In this document: piece by piece, positions 24,191 to 37,870 of the stretch
Layout: each line of letters starts with the position of its first letter
Numbering within the stretch: the stretch's first letter is position 1
Assembly: GCA_013265495.1 (NCBI GenBank)
Contig: MU058444.1
Location: 868,001 to 932,000, forward strand
Reading direction: 5' to 3'
DNA from: Vicugna vicugna
Lineage: Eukaryota
DNA: 64,000 nt
Notes under the pieces: generated by a model
Seen by the model: only the letters and a program-made list of their open reading frames with translations
What the model was told of the DNA's origin: nothing
Databases searched by the model: none
Position numbers and translations under genes: made by a program

Positions 24191-25843
24191 AGGCATATCT
24201 AGAACGTTAGAAAAAGTTTTTAAAAAAGTAATACGATACAAGAGGCTTGATCGCTAACTAGTTATGGATTGAACTAGTCATTATACCTCCCCGGGCATCT
24301 TCATTTATTTAATGAAAGATATGAGGCAAAACCTTTTGTGTTGTTTAAACCTCGTGTACCTACCCAGATCTCTAATAGTGCTTACCAACTCAAGATGATT
24401 GCAACATCACAGACTCCTCGCTGAATGAGTTCACCGTGCGAATAACATTTATCCCGTCACAGCGTGTCACCTTCACCGCCAGTGCTTGCAAGCGTATCCC
24501 TGGCAGCTGAGTGAAATAAATGTGTGTGTCCGTCAGTGCCTTTATTAGACTGGGGTTCTCTCCCTCCTGATCATCCCAATTTTTAGCAAGAATTTCCTCT
24601 CTGCACCCTCCCTATTCCCACGCTCACTGTGAATATTTCATTCATTGAGTCAAAATTAGTTTCTTCCAGGAAAGAGCTTTTGCTTCGTCAGATTCAGTGC
24701 CATTAGTATCCTGTGACGTTAATTTGAATACCTCTTCTTTGAATCAAATGCTTTATATGTATATACGTGTGTGTGTGTGTGAGAGAGAAAGAGACAGTGA
24801 GAGAGAGAAAGAGAGAAATCTTGTTAAAAATTGTGTTCAAATTGCAGTGACTTCGCCACGTTCCCTGTGACCCTGTCTGTATGTGCATACTCTTCCTATG
24901 CCAAATTCCTGACGCTCTCCAGAGATGACACGGTCCACATTCTCCTCATCCATCCCCTGCTTCTGTCTCCCACCACTGCCGATAACGCTGGTGATTTACG
25001 GGCTAGGAAAGAGGAAAGAACCTTAATTGCAAAATGGGTTTTTGAGCTTCCTTGACTGACTTCATAACTTACACAGGCAAAAAGCTGCAGCCTCAGTTTT
25101 TTGTTTGTTTGTTTTCTATTAGTTTTGAATTGCCCAACTTCAGATAATGCTCTTTTTCAAAGAGGCTTCTTGAGATGACAGGAAGGCTGTGAACCCTGGA
25201 GCCAGTGAAGGCGGGGTTGAATCCCAACTCAAACAGCTGTTTCTGTAAGACGTTACATTGCAGTCTCTCTGAGCTTTAGTTTTTGCGTCTGTAACGTGGA
25301 GATGCTCATAGTCCTAGCATCCTTGTGAGAACGGAATAAAGTGGCTGACTCTGTTGAGACAACAAGGACCTCTCCTCCTCCTGTTTCCTCTTCCTTCACC
25401 TCCTTCTCCTCTTGCTACATTATTCCTGACCTTTATTTGGTTAAAAAAAAAATCCATCAGCCTGTATTTTGGCATCTCTGTGATTTCTTCTTTAAAAGTG
25501 AGAGCCATGACTAACCAAGTCCAGTCTCTAACAAGACAGCATCTTACCAGGAGTGCCCGCTCGGGTTATTAGCTGTTGGTGAAATGTCTGTTTCCCGGAA
25601 AGACTCAGACACATTTCTGAAGGTTCTTGGTGATTATGCACACTGCATTAGAGAGCAACCCAGCGTTTCCCCAATGTTATGGCTTAAAAGGTTCAAAGTG
25701 GGAAAATATTGATTCCACAAAAAGTATGTACATTTGAAAACAGCACCTACTGTGAAGACAGCTTAGATACATATTTTATGCTCAATATGTGCAGTAAAGG
25801 CATCTTTTTTTATGCACAGCTATTAAGAGTTGAAAAAGTTCTT

Positions 25844-25985
25844 GGGATGGGGGTATTGCTCAGTGGTAGAGTGTGTGCTTAGCATCCACAAGGTCCTGGG
25901 TTCAATTCCCAGTACCCCCTCCGGATAAATAAGCCTAATTACACCTCCCCTCCCCCCAAGAAAAACTAAAAAAAAATTTAAATAA
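25844..25985 (+). mobile_element. tRNA-Ala-derived SINE (vic-1-like)
   Basis: Same head (GCTCAGTGGTAGAG...GGTCCTGGGTTCAAT) and CCTAATTAC tail. Confidence 0.9.
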
Positions 25986-27229
25986 TACCTAAATTTCACT
26001 GAGATAGAATTTAACGATCTTGCAAACTCAGATGCCTTTAGGACCAAGCCAGAAAAATAAATCTGCAGAGGAGAAAGGGCAGATGGTATTCTGATAGGGA
26101 GCCGGGGAATCATGAATGAGGGGAACCAGGCTTGGCTCTGCAGGCATTCTTGTTTAAAATGTTACAAATAAAATGTAGCTTGCATCTGAGTGAGGTGATA
26201 AGCTTAGAACCTCAGGTCCTCATTGACGTATCTTATCAAAAGTCAACTTTCATGAGGTTAAAGGGATGTAATCTTTCTTTTGCTTATCTGTCCTCCTAAA
26301 GAGATAGGACATGTGTTGGAGGGTTGCTTTTTTGAGGCTTTTTGAGATGGTCTATCACACCAGGCTGACATTTTTTATTGAAAGGATTCTCTTGCAGTTG
26401 CCACAGATTCATCATGCAGTGTATCCTTTTATAACAGTTATTCACGTCTTAGTCATTCTTCAGATTACCTTGAGAAAATTGGTTGGATTGTATCATCAGG
26501 ACTGGAGCTAGCATCTGACTTTGAGCAGTGCATTCACATTATGTAAGCTACTGAGAGCAACGTGTACTGTTACTGTTACATGTCACATCCCGTTAAGCAT
26601 TTTACATGCATTACCTTACATTGACCTTCGCAACACCCCTGTGAAATAGGTATTTTTATTATCTGTATTTTACTGATGAATAGTCTTGCTTTCTTGTGAC
26701 AGGTACGCTCAGTCAGTGGTAATGGTCCAAAAGGATCATGATCGTAAAGTATCCATGGCTGCGTATTCCCAAGTGGGGGTGTTATGGGTCTGGGATGGAG
26801 ACCAGTTGGTGGAGATGTGGAAGCAGCAGTTTCTCCGTGGGCCGGGCACAGGGCCGTTTGGGGGGCTACTGTTACAAGTCAGAAATGACATACCCGGAAC
26901 TGACAGGAGGTTATGATCCGTTAATGGGGGGTAGCACCTAGAATGTGGACTAGGTCAGGAGGCATTGGAAAGAATTGGGTTCTCTGAGTTCAAATAGAGG
27001 AGAACTTCGAAGACATAAGAGAAGGGCGGTCAGTGAGGTTGTCCTTTGGCCTCTGCTAGGTTCAACGCTGACTGGCTCAGCGTGACTGCGGCCATCCTTA
27101 ACAGGCGAAGAGTAGGGCGGGCAACTCATTCATTCAGCAAATATGTGTTTGATGTCTGCTGCATGTCAGGTATAGTTCTCAATTCTGAGAATACATAGGA
27201 GAATAAAGGAGCAACGAAACCCTGACTTT

Positions 27230-27375
27230 GGGGGAGGGGGTAGCTCAGTGGTAGAGTGCATGCTTAAGATGCTCAAAGTCCTGGGTTCAATCCCCAGGAC
27301 CTCCTCTAAAAATAAAGCTAATTACCTCCTCTACCCCCACCCCAAATAAAGAAATATATATATATATAATTTGAA
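27230..27375 (+). mobile_element. tRNA-Ala-derived SINE (vic-1-like)
   Basis: GGGGAGGGGGTAGCTCAGTGGTAGAG...; flanked by CCTGACT(T/G)TG on both sides. Confidence 0.9.
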
Positions 27376-27525
27376 AAGCTCCTGACTGTGAATGGCAGTT
27401 CTATACAAGTAGGGAGATATAGCTAGTAAGTGTAATAAATGAGGAATACTATGGAGAAAAACAAAGCAAAACACAGGAATGGTCAGGTAAGGAGGACTGA
27501 GAGTGGTGGTGGCTGTTTGCTCCAT

Positions 27526-28168
27526 GATTTTATTATTTTTTTAATTCTAATTGTTTATTGACGTATAGTCAGTCTACAATGTTGTGTCAATCCCTGGTAT
27601 CCAGCATCATGTTTCAATCATACATATACATACATATATTCCTTTTCAGATTCTTTTTCATGACAGGTTACTCCAAGAGATTGAATAGAGTTCCCTGTGC
27701 TGTGCAGTAGGACCTTGTTGTTTATCTATTTTATGTGTAGTAGTTAGTATCTGCAAATCTCGAGCTCCCAATGTATCCCTTCCCACCCCTTTCCCTTCCT
27801 GGTAACCACAAGTTTGTTTTCTAGGTCTGTGAGTCTGTTTCTGTTTTGTAAATAAGTTCATCTGTGCCATTTTTTTTAGATTCCACATAATTGACATCAT
27901 ATGGGATTTTTCTTTCTCTTTCTGGCTGACTTCACTGAGAATGATGATCTCCAGGTCCATCCGTATTGCTGCAATGGCATTATTTTATTATTTTTAATCA
28001 CTGAGCAGTATTCCATTGTATAAAATATACCACAGCTTCTTTATCCAGCCATCTGTCGTTGGACGTTTAGATTGTTTCCATGTCTTGGCTATCATATATA
28101 GTAATGTTATGAACATTGTGGTGCATGTATGTTTTCCAAGTAGGGTTCCCTTCAGATACATGCCCAGA
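27526..28168 (-). mobile_element. 5'-truncated L1 (ORF2 C-terminus plus 3'-UTR)
   Basis: Minus-strand ORF MDLEIIILSEVSQKEKEK is the L1 ORF2 C-terminus; T-rich tail at the left end. Confidence 0.92.
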
Positions 28169-31100
28169 ATATTTTAAATTGGGTGCTCAGCGTAGGCCTG
28201 GTTAAGACAGTGATGTTGGAATCAAGGTTTGAGGAAAGAAGGAATGAGCTAGGTGTCCATTTGCGGGCGGAGCACATGAGGCATAGGATGAGCTTCAGGG
28301 CAGGAACAGCCCTTCTCGTGTGTGAGAGGGACAGTAAGGATGCCAGGCACAGAAAGCAAAGGGGAGGTGAGTAGGTGAGTTCAGAGGGGCACCATGGAGG
28401 CCAGACCACGGAGGTCCTCGTGGACTGTTTTAAGGACTTTGGCTTACGCTCTGTGTAAAATGGGGAGCCACTGGGGAATTTTGGGCAAAAGAATGACATG
28501 ATTGATTTGAAGTATGCTGTATTTTGAAAGCAGCCCTCTGGCTGCAGTCTTGGACATTGACTGTCTGGGTTCAAGAACAGGCATTTCAGAGCCTATTAAA
28601 ATAATTCAAATGTGAGCTGATACTGATCGCCAGGGTGGTAGTAGCAGTGATGGTCTGATCTGGGGTACATTTTGAAGGCAGTAAAATGTGGGCTGTGAAG
28701 TAAGTGGAAGAATATAAAATCACTGCAACACTGCTGGCCTGAGCCACCGGGGTGATGGCCTCGTCCTTTGAAGGTGGCCTCAGAGTCATCAGAGATGGAG
28801 TCAGGAAGCGGGCAGAGACCCGGGCACAGAGACCTTTAGGTTGTCACTTTGACCGCAGCCCTGAGATGGTTGACGGGTGACCCCAGCCACCAAGACCTAC
28901 GCACCTGTCTGAATAGAGCCTAGGGTTCACACTGGACTCTACATACAGATCGGCTGGACTTGGAGGTAACCCTGACCCTCAGGGCAGAGGTGAGGGATAG
29001 CCTTGGAAGTACCTGGCAAAGATTCAGACACGAAGGAGGAGCTAAACAGAGAGTGTGTTAAGAAGACTGGCTGATGGGCCAGGACCTGGTAAAGCAGGAA
29101 GTTCCACCACCTGCAGACAAGCAGAACCTCCCGCCCCCATTTGCCAGTCATGTGACAGAAGACCAGAACTTGGGAAAGGGTCCCTTGGGACGTCAGCTTT
29201 CTTCAGAGCTCACTTTGGATCATAAGTTTTGAGGCGTAGGAGGTGTACGGTGGACAGCGTGGCTCTTCAGACAACAGGGGATGCGGAGGGAGTAGAGTGG
29301 GGCCGGGAAAAGGAAGGCAGGGAGAGACTGAGATCCAGTTGTGAAGGTCCTTCAGTCCAGGTTTGCAGATAAAGACGGTGAAAGTCACGAGGTGTTTCTG
29401 AGTAAGTCAGTGATACCACCACCTTGGATGCTGGACAGATTAACATTTTGTCAGTTAGTGCAAACATAGAGGGAAATACAAAACAGGTCATAACATAAAC
29501 TGGGTAATACTCACCTACGGCTAACAGAAACCTGGGGCTCACTGAATTCAGTACAAAGCAAGACGTCTTCCCGAAGTGAGAATATACCTTTAATTTCCTG
29601 CTGGAAGAGAAAACTCAACCTGTGTCTTAAGGTGATTTGGTGGAGGGGTGGGGGGTCTTAAAGCTACTTTTAAAATGTCTTAATTATCTGATTTTAAGTC
29701 AATAAAATTTATTTCTGTGCAAAAGTTTCAAGTATATGCACGTAGTTTAATGTTATATATACTTACGGAAGCCCTGCTGTGCTCAAGACACTCTGTTCGG
29801 TCGTACAAGTGGGAAGAGAAACGCTTCAAGTGGTTTAGAGTCTGATGTTTGGGGGAGGTGTTAAAAGATTCCTGGGAGATGTATAGATAAGATGTTGGGG
29901 GCGTCTGGACACTATGTGCTGACCTATGTACTACAAAGGGTCTGGATTTTTTTTTCCCACCTGTTTCCTCTTTAAGCATCAGAGTGTTATAGAGATACTT
30001 GCTGAAGTTTCAAAGTAGAAACATTTTGAGGTAGATACATAAAACATTTATAGGCAAACCAGTTTGACAAATATATGTGATAAAGGTTTATTTTTTCTGA
30101 CCACTGGTACATAGATTCCTTATGGAAAATATGGGAAAGCAGACAGGAAGGGGTTAAGGAAATAAAATTTAGACACTGTCTTCCTTGTAAGAGAAACACA
30201 GATATAGAGAAAACCATATGCACGTGTGTGTGCGCGCGCGCGTGCATTTTAATACCTTATATCCATCTCTGAAATGGAATGTTCCTATGTGAAATACTTG
30301 AGATCATCCTGGTGATTATGTATAAAAATGTGCCTCCTGCTTTTTCCACTTGGAATTTTTCCCATAATAAAATACCTGATGTCCTGGGCTGATAAGCCAG
30401 GGCATAAAACAGGGGCGGGGGGAGCCACCTGCTCTGGGTGCAGGTAATAAGGAAGTTCACTGTCTCTCGGGAATTTGAAGACAATGATCAGACTGAGTGA
30501 AGCGCAGCCTGCTTTTTATGACACCACGTGCTGGCGACTGTCAGTTAAGTCACACCAGTGATAATGTTTTTGTTCTCACCAGGGTAGCCCCTGCTGAGGG
30601 CAGGGCGGATCCCTGCTCCCTCCACCTGTCCCCTCCCCTCCTCCCACCCCTTGGCACACCAGCCCTGCTGATCTAAGTGTCAGGTTCATATTCTTTTAGA
30701 AACAAAGAAAGCCTCATAACTGTTTTTACATGATTATTAGCTACTCAATAATTACCCTTGAAGCAGAAAAATCAGTAAGTATCCTTTTTTTCCCCCCCAC
30801 AAACCAAAACTTTCCACTGGGCTGTATTAATGTCTTATTAATCATCACCTATCAATTTCCCCTCCAAGAATTCAAGCACATATTTTGAACAAGTAAATAA
30901 ATGTGAAAATGGAGAAACACTGCCATTTGGCTAAATATCAATCCAATACGGGCTACTGGAAAATCCATAACTGCGAAAAAAAAATTCAGTATCTGAGTCA
31001 TCCCGTGTAGTCATGATCAAGCCTGCTGTAATTTGAAAACAGTTACCAAAAATAAAAGGAAAAAGAAAAAAAAAAAGAATCTAGGGTTTGTAACCAGGTA

Positions 31101-32049
31101 GTGTTTTTACAAATGAGCAAGTTGGAAATTGAGAAAGTCCAAAAAGCCATCACCCCCATGAGCAGTAACTCTCAGGACAGAGAGAAAGCATTCAGGCATC
31201 TTGATTTCCATCCCCGGACTCTTGGATCATGTCCGTTCCTTCTCTACTGGGAAGGACTATGTTTGTTAATGACATTAATCATATCTGGCGTTTATTGACT
31301 GGGACGCACCAGGCAGTGTTCTAAGCTCTTCTTATGTACTAATATTTGTATTCACAACAGCTCTCTGAGATCGATAGCTTCTGTTACCTCCTTGCAGAGG
31401 TGAAGAGAACAGGTTAAATAATTATACTAGGATTTAGAGTAGGAAAAGCAGTTGCCTGTGCTGGACCCGAGGCAGCGCACCCAGACGGAGCACTTAACCA
31501 TCGGTGAGGTCAGTATGGCCTCCCATAGACCTTCCCTGCTGTCCCCGGGCAAACCGCTGAATTCTCACCACGCTTTTGTGCAGGTCCTGTTACACTGGGG
31601 TCCTCACGATCTGCCTGATGGTAGAGTGCAGGACAAGCCCGGTGTATGTGGGGCTCCTGTTGCAGGAGGCTCCACCTGCATCCTTACCTCTCTGCTTCCT
31701 CTCCTTCCGACGCCCCCGCCCGGCACCTGATGCTGCGGAGTCACTGAACTGCCATCGTCTGGGTCTTCTTCCTTGCCAGCCTCTTCCTTCTTAATTTGGT
31801 TATTATTAACATGGTTATTCCCCTCCTTGGATCATCTTGTCCCAAATTCTTTGCCTCCCATTCATCTTTAAAAATCTATGTTCAATTTTACTTGTTAGGT
31901 TGGGCTCTGAGCAATTCCTTTGCTGGTTTCTGATAAGTCGCCCCTATAATACTGTCACCTTCGTACTTGTCCTTGGATTTTAGGTGAGATAGTGTCTCCA
32001 TTCTGTCAAAGGGCCCAGGGATTCTTTTCCCGTTCTCTCTCTCTCTCTC

Positions 32050-35000
32050 TTTTTTCTTTTTAAATTACGTTGTTGGTTTAAAATTGATTTCTAAGAACTT
32101 CTATGTCATGTATGAATTCCTTGTCAGATACATGCCTTGCAAATATCTTCTGCGGTTTCCTTTTTCACTCTGACGTTTATTTGAATAAACGGGAGTTCTT
32201 AATTTTAACGTAGCCTGCTTTTTTAATCTTTTATTTTAAGGTTAGCTCTTTCGGGTTTTCCTGGAAGAAATATTTGCCTTCCCTAAGATCGAGAAGATGT
32301 TCTCCTTTACTAGATTTTAGAAGTTTTTATTTCATTGTTCATATTTGGGTTTGCCAGTCCTTCTGGGACTGATTTATGGGTATGATATGGGGGTCAGGGT
32401 CCATTTTAATTTTTTGTAGAAATACTGTCTAGGTGACTCAGCACCGTTTATTGGAAAGATCATCCCTTCCACGCTGTACTGCAGCGCCGCTGATGTTATA
32501 ACTCAAGTGACCACCTACATGTTAGTGAATTTCTCACTGCGTTTTGTTCCATTGATCAATTTCCTGTCCCTGCTCCAAGACCACACTGTTGTCATTTTTA
32601 TGGCTGTATAGGGACCATCTCTACTTGGTGGTGTAAGTCCTCTAGAATATTGGCCTTCAATATTGCCTTGGTTGTTCTAAATCCTTTGCTTTTCTGTAGG
32701 AATTGTAGAATTCTCTTGTCATTTTCCAAAAAAAAATAAAAATCTGAGCTTTTGACTGGGATTACACTGCATCTGTAGAACTGTTTGAACAGAACTGCAC
32801 TTTACAATATTGAATCTTCCGTTTCATGAACAAAGAATGTTCTTTCTTTAATTATGATTACTTTCTTTCAGTGAGATTTTGTATTTTCTCTGTGTAGAGC
32901 TTTCACGTCATTTGCTATGTTAATGATTATTTGTTCTTTTTTATCCTATTAGAAATGATATTTTAAAAACTTTTTGTTCTGTTTTTTTCTCTTTTGCTAG
33001 TACATGGAAATACAATGTAATTTTTTTGTGTTTTGACTTTGGATCCAAAGGCTTGATAAATTCACTTATTAATTCCAATAGTTCACGTATAGCTGATTTG
33101 GAGTTTTTTAGCTATTTCATATCTGTAAGTAATGCTAGTTTTCTCTTTTTCAATCCATGTAACTTTTTTTATTTTTTGATTATTTTATTATATGGCTAGG
33201 TCTTCCATTACAATGTTGAATATAGCATGAATGTAAACAGTCCTTGCAACTTTTTAACACAAACTATTGCAGTTGTGAAGTTCAGCTGGCTTTTATTATT
33301 ACTTATTTAAAGATAATGTATCTTTTTATACGTCTGCTCTTAAGACTTTCTTTTCATTTGTCATTTTCAGTGGCTTTAATATAATGTAACTAGGTGAGTT
33401 CTTACTTTTCTCTTTTTTTCTCCTTGACATAGGAGTGCTTCTTGAATCTGTGTCTTAATGTCTTTCTGCTGTTTTTGAACTATCTCTGCTAACATCTCTT
33501 CAAATGTTGATTCTTCCTATTTAATTTCTGCTCCCCCTAAGCATCCTAATTACAGATAAATATGTATTTTTTTTAATTTAAACACATCCTGTATATATTT
33601 CACATTCATTTTTGTGTTTTCCATAATGTTCTCCCTCTGTATTTCATCCTGGATATTTTCCACAGAGGTATCTTTAAGTCACTAATCCTTTCTTTGAGCA
33701 TTATTTAATATTAAACTCAACTGTTAAATTCTCAGTTTTGGTATTGGTATTTTTCAGCCATATAATTCTTTTCATCTTTTTTTTTTTACATATATAGCTT
33801 TTATTAGGTTGAGATTCTTTCAATGTAAAATGGAAAAAGGACAGTCTCTTCAACAAATGAGAAAATGGTATCAACATGCAAAAGATGAAATTGAACCCAC
33901 CTTACACCATATATAAAAATAGACTAAACATGAACTAAAGACATAACAATTGAGAAACAGCACTGTAAAACTGCTAGAAGAAAATACAGGGGGAAAGAGA
34001 CTGATCTTGGCAATGATTTCATGGATATGACACCAAAAGCAAAGCCAACAAAAACGAAATAGACAAGGGGGACTCCCTCAAGCCAGAGAGCTTCTGCACA
34101 ACAAAGGAAACAGTCAACAGACTGACAAAGACAACCTACAGAATGGGAGAAGATATTTGCAAACCGTATGTGTTGTAGGGGGTTAATACCTAAAATATAT
34201 AAGTAACTCTTAACAACTTAAGAGCAAAATAAACAACTCAACTAAAAATGGGCAAACAACTTTAACATACATTTCTCCAAAGAAGAAACACAAATTGCCA
34301 ACAGATATATTTATGAAAAGATGCTTAACATCATTAATTGTCAGGAAAATGCAAGTCAAATTTACAAGGAAATATGATACCATATAACCTATTAGAATGA
34401 CTATTTTAAAAAAGATAAATATTGGCAAGGAAGTGGAGAAATCGAGATCCTTCTGCACTGTTGGTGGGAACGCAGAATGGTGGAGCCACTATAGAAAGCA
34501 GTATGGGGGTTCTTCGAAAGAATTGAAAATAGAGTTAACCTATGATCTTCAGCCATACAATTCTTGAATGCCTCAATAATAGATATTTTTAAGTCTGTTT
34601 CTGATAATACCAGTATCTGGATCACCTATAAAGTGATTATCTGTGTTTTGTTTTTTGTTTTGTTTTGCTCTTGATGTTTGGTCATTTGGTGCTGTCCTCT
34701 CACGTGTCTGGAATTTTTTGATTGAATGCTGAATGTTTAGTACAAAATGTTGCAGAGGTAGTAGTTCCATTAGAGAGGACTTAGTTTTCTTTAGGGTGAC
34801 AGTTACAGTAAGGGTAGATTAATTTATTCCGTACAGGGATTGAGCTAAAAGGATGACATTTACAGAATAGTGGTCTGTCTCCAGTTTCCACTGACTTCTA
34901 GGGTAGCTCTTCTGGGATGTCACTGGAGGTGTCTACAGGAGCCTCTTTTTCGTGGAAGAATCCGAACTCTGGCTTTTATCTTCCTAGTGTGATTGCCAAA

Positions 35001-35460
35001 GACTTTCTTAAGCTCCTTCCCCTCTGATCAACTTTCTTCTCTTTGGTTTCTCATCCTTTAACTCAGCGAGCAACTGAAGACTTGGCAAACATCTCGAGGG
35101 CAGTAACTGCGTAGAATCAGGAGTCCACTCTATTGGGATTCCCTTTTGTCTGTGATTAGGTGTCTTAAAGTCCTTTCTGCCTTGGTGGTGCTGGATTCCA
35201 GTTTTTTTTTTTTTTTTCCTTCATCCATCTGAAATTGACAGAAGCTCATCACCCCAGCTTACTGACCTGTTCTCAGCGCCTTGCTCTGAACTGGCAAATG
35301 TGAGAAAAAAAAAAAAATGTTAGGTGAGAAAGTGGCAGGAAACAATTGACTTGCCTCCTTGTTTCTCCTTTATCTATGATCTTGGCTCCACGAATCCTCA
35401 CCGCCTTCCTTTTTTTTTTTCCCCAGCCCTGACTGTTTCCAGTAAGAAAGTTGATCTAAT
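32050..35460 (-). mobile_element. Large old L1M relic (ORF2 and ORF1/5' fragments), interrupted at 33771-34547
   Basis: Antisense L1 motifs throughout (ttgcaaatatcttc; cagcaccgtttattggaaagatcatcc; ttacaatattgaatcttcc; ttccattacaatgttgaata). Confidence 0.7.
33771..34547. mobile_element. L1 insertion with 5' inversion (minus-strand tail plus plus-strand ORF2 piece), 18-bp TSD
   Basis: TSD TTCAGCCATA(T/C)AATTCTT at 33753-33770 and 34548-34565. A poly-T tail is followed by sense-strand ORF2 sequence (GGACAGTCTCTTCAACAAA...GAATGGGAGAAGATATTTGCAAA...ATAGAGTTAACCTATGATC). Confidence 0.85.
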
Positions 35461-37728
35461 GCAGGCCATCATAGTCTTGTATTAGAGGAATTCCTTTCAT
35501 TTAGTTCTGAACAAATTAGAATGATTAAATACCACAAAATCTTCACATGAAGAAGAATCTAAGGAAAAAAAAATTACACATCTTAGATATCTATCAATGG
35601 AGTTAAAAATAAAGAATAAGCTATCACTCTTTTAATGCTTAGAAAAAATTATTGAAAAGGTCTGTCTACTATTGAAATATAGATATCGCTCATTCAGTGA
35701 CTCAGTTAAAGGCTATTTTTATTTTACCCTTATTTTAAGAGTTTCCAACATTTTTATAGATGAGAAGCGTCCTGCATTTTATGTTTCTTCCTCATCCCTT
35801 TTCCAACATTTCTCCATGCATTACACACCATCAGACTCATTCTGTCAACCATTATCTTCATCAGGTTGTGTCTCCCTGAGCTACAAGTAATAAAATCGTT
35901 GTGTTTAAAATATGACTTAAAAATAGTATACATGTGAGAATATATTTATGTATAGATATTCTGTCTATGTAAGGGGAGGTGTTCATGTTTGCATGTTTTA
36001 TGTGTACATACTTTTCAGTTCCATATGTTTAAAAATCTTAGAGATCTCCAAGTTCTTGTAACACACTTATAAATATTTAACTCTATGGGAAATTTAATAA
36101 GGTTTGATTGCTCCTAGGTTTAAGGCCTTAAAAAAAAACCTGTGTGTTTTTTTAAAATGGTATTGTAAATATTATAAATATCACATATGGCAAAATATGA
36201 TTTAGTAATAAAGTTTACATATAAACTTTTTGTATATAAAACTTTTATGTTTTACCTAATTCAGTTAAAGTTAATTTTTAAACAAAAGTATATAATACCA
36301 TTATGTATTCAAAACATCAAGATGAAAATGAATAGCCTTAAGTGATAACAAATGCAAGAATTTTATAGCATTAAATTCATCAAAGTTGTATTCTAGAAAG
36401 CATAGGTTTGGGAAAATGTAGGGTTAATTTTTTTCAAATGTATTTTTACTTCCTCTTTTTTTCAAAAAACATCTTCCACATTCAAACAATAAACATGTTC
36501 ACTGAGCCGAGCACATACTGGCCTTTTTCTGAGTTACATTTCCAATAGTTTATCTCCATTAACAATCCAATTTGAAAAACCAGTCAGCTCATTTCTAAGA
36601 TAAAAGGTTGTCAGAGTAGACCCATTTGATTCCATCAACAGCGTTTTTTAGGATTTATTTACATAGCTTCACAGTAGCAAAGTCGTAGGAGCTCAAAGTC
36701 CCAGATTTCTCAGAGCTTAGATTCACGTTAATGTATTACGTCCACACTGTTTTGTTTTTAAGGATGAGATCAAAGAAACTAGAGCTGAAACAATTATTTA
36801 AAAATAACACTTCGGGAAATGAGACCCAAAGAATACACGCATTGATGAATGAATTTCACACATGAAATTCTCCAGTCCACCCTAGAAGTAGAAAGTCTAG
36901 GTTGTTGGTGGCGGTGTCGTTTCCCGGTAACTGCTGAAGATTATGACAGCCTGTGTGACATCATATTCAGCTGTGGAGTCATCACCATCAGAAGAAACAG
37001 CGATAGGAGAATTTTTAAAATGACACATGTTTATTACAGAGCTCAGCATTTAAAACTGTTGAAACATCTTTACTTTCCTTGAAGGCCAGGAGCTGCTTCC
37101 TGGATGAAGGTTCCCCGAGGTTCCCTTCCTGACTGGGGATATGCTAGGTAAATCCCTTTCCACTTCCAGTGTTTCCACCTTAAAAGCCTGATTTCAGCGA
37201 TCCGCTCTTCTGATCTGTTTTCTTTAGAGAAAAAATAAATCTGTGCTCTTAAACCCCCTCCCTGCAGTTCTGTTCCTTTGATTTCTGTCTTTATTTTGCA
37301 TTTGGGGTTATCGCCCTCTGCTTTGCAGTTACAACACTGAGTCACTTGCCTGCCTCCGTCTTGTACCATCTCTTGGTACTATTCTTTCTCTCTCACTTTT
37401 TGATCATTATATGTCCTTAGGAAGTAGTTTCCATACAGTGTCTCTGCTTCTTATTTCTCTTTCCTCTCAACCCTGCAGTCTGGGTCTCTCTTCCGTTCCT
37501 CTCTCACCCGGTGCCTCACTGGCCACTGTTGTCCACGTGGTCAGGACACGCCAGCCACCCATCAGCAACCCCCATCTCTTCCTCTTCTCTGTAAGCTCCG
37601 TTCACCTCGCCTTCTCTCCCCAGTGGTTTCTAGGACATCTCTCTTCCTTCTTTTCCTATCCTTCGAACTCCTGGCGCTTTATGTCCTTTGGTAGCTCTCT
37701 GTCCATCTGCTGAAAGGAAATGTTTACA

Positions 37729-37870
37729 CTTTTTTTTTTTTTGAGGCAGAGGAGGAGTAATTGGGTTTATTTATTTCTCTATGTATTTATGTAATGGCAG
37801 TACTGGGGTTTGCACCCAGGACCTCAGCATGCTAGGCACGTGCTCCACCACTGAGCTGCACCCCACCCCC
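37729..37870 (-). mobile_element. tRNA-Ala-derived SINE (vic-1-like), within an L2 relic (~37200-38400)
   Basis: Poly-T, GTAATTGGGTTTATT and CCCAGGACCTC..CATGCTAGGCAC..CCACTGAGCT. Confidence 0.85.

Larger units (their letters stand above)
27120..28800 (-). mobile_element. L2 relic interrupted by a SINE and an L1
   Basis: Begins with TCATTCATTCAGCAAATAT (antisense L2 tail). Purine-rich L2-like sequence resumes after 28170 (taaggactttggcttac...ggggagccactgg...gaatgacatgat). Confidence 0.7.

Noticed and set aside
28530..28546. CTCF-like motifs (here, ~17903 and ~50025)
   Set aside because: Partial matches only, expected by chance in 64 kb; one lies within an L2 relic.
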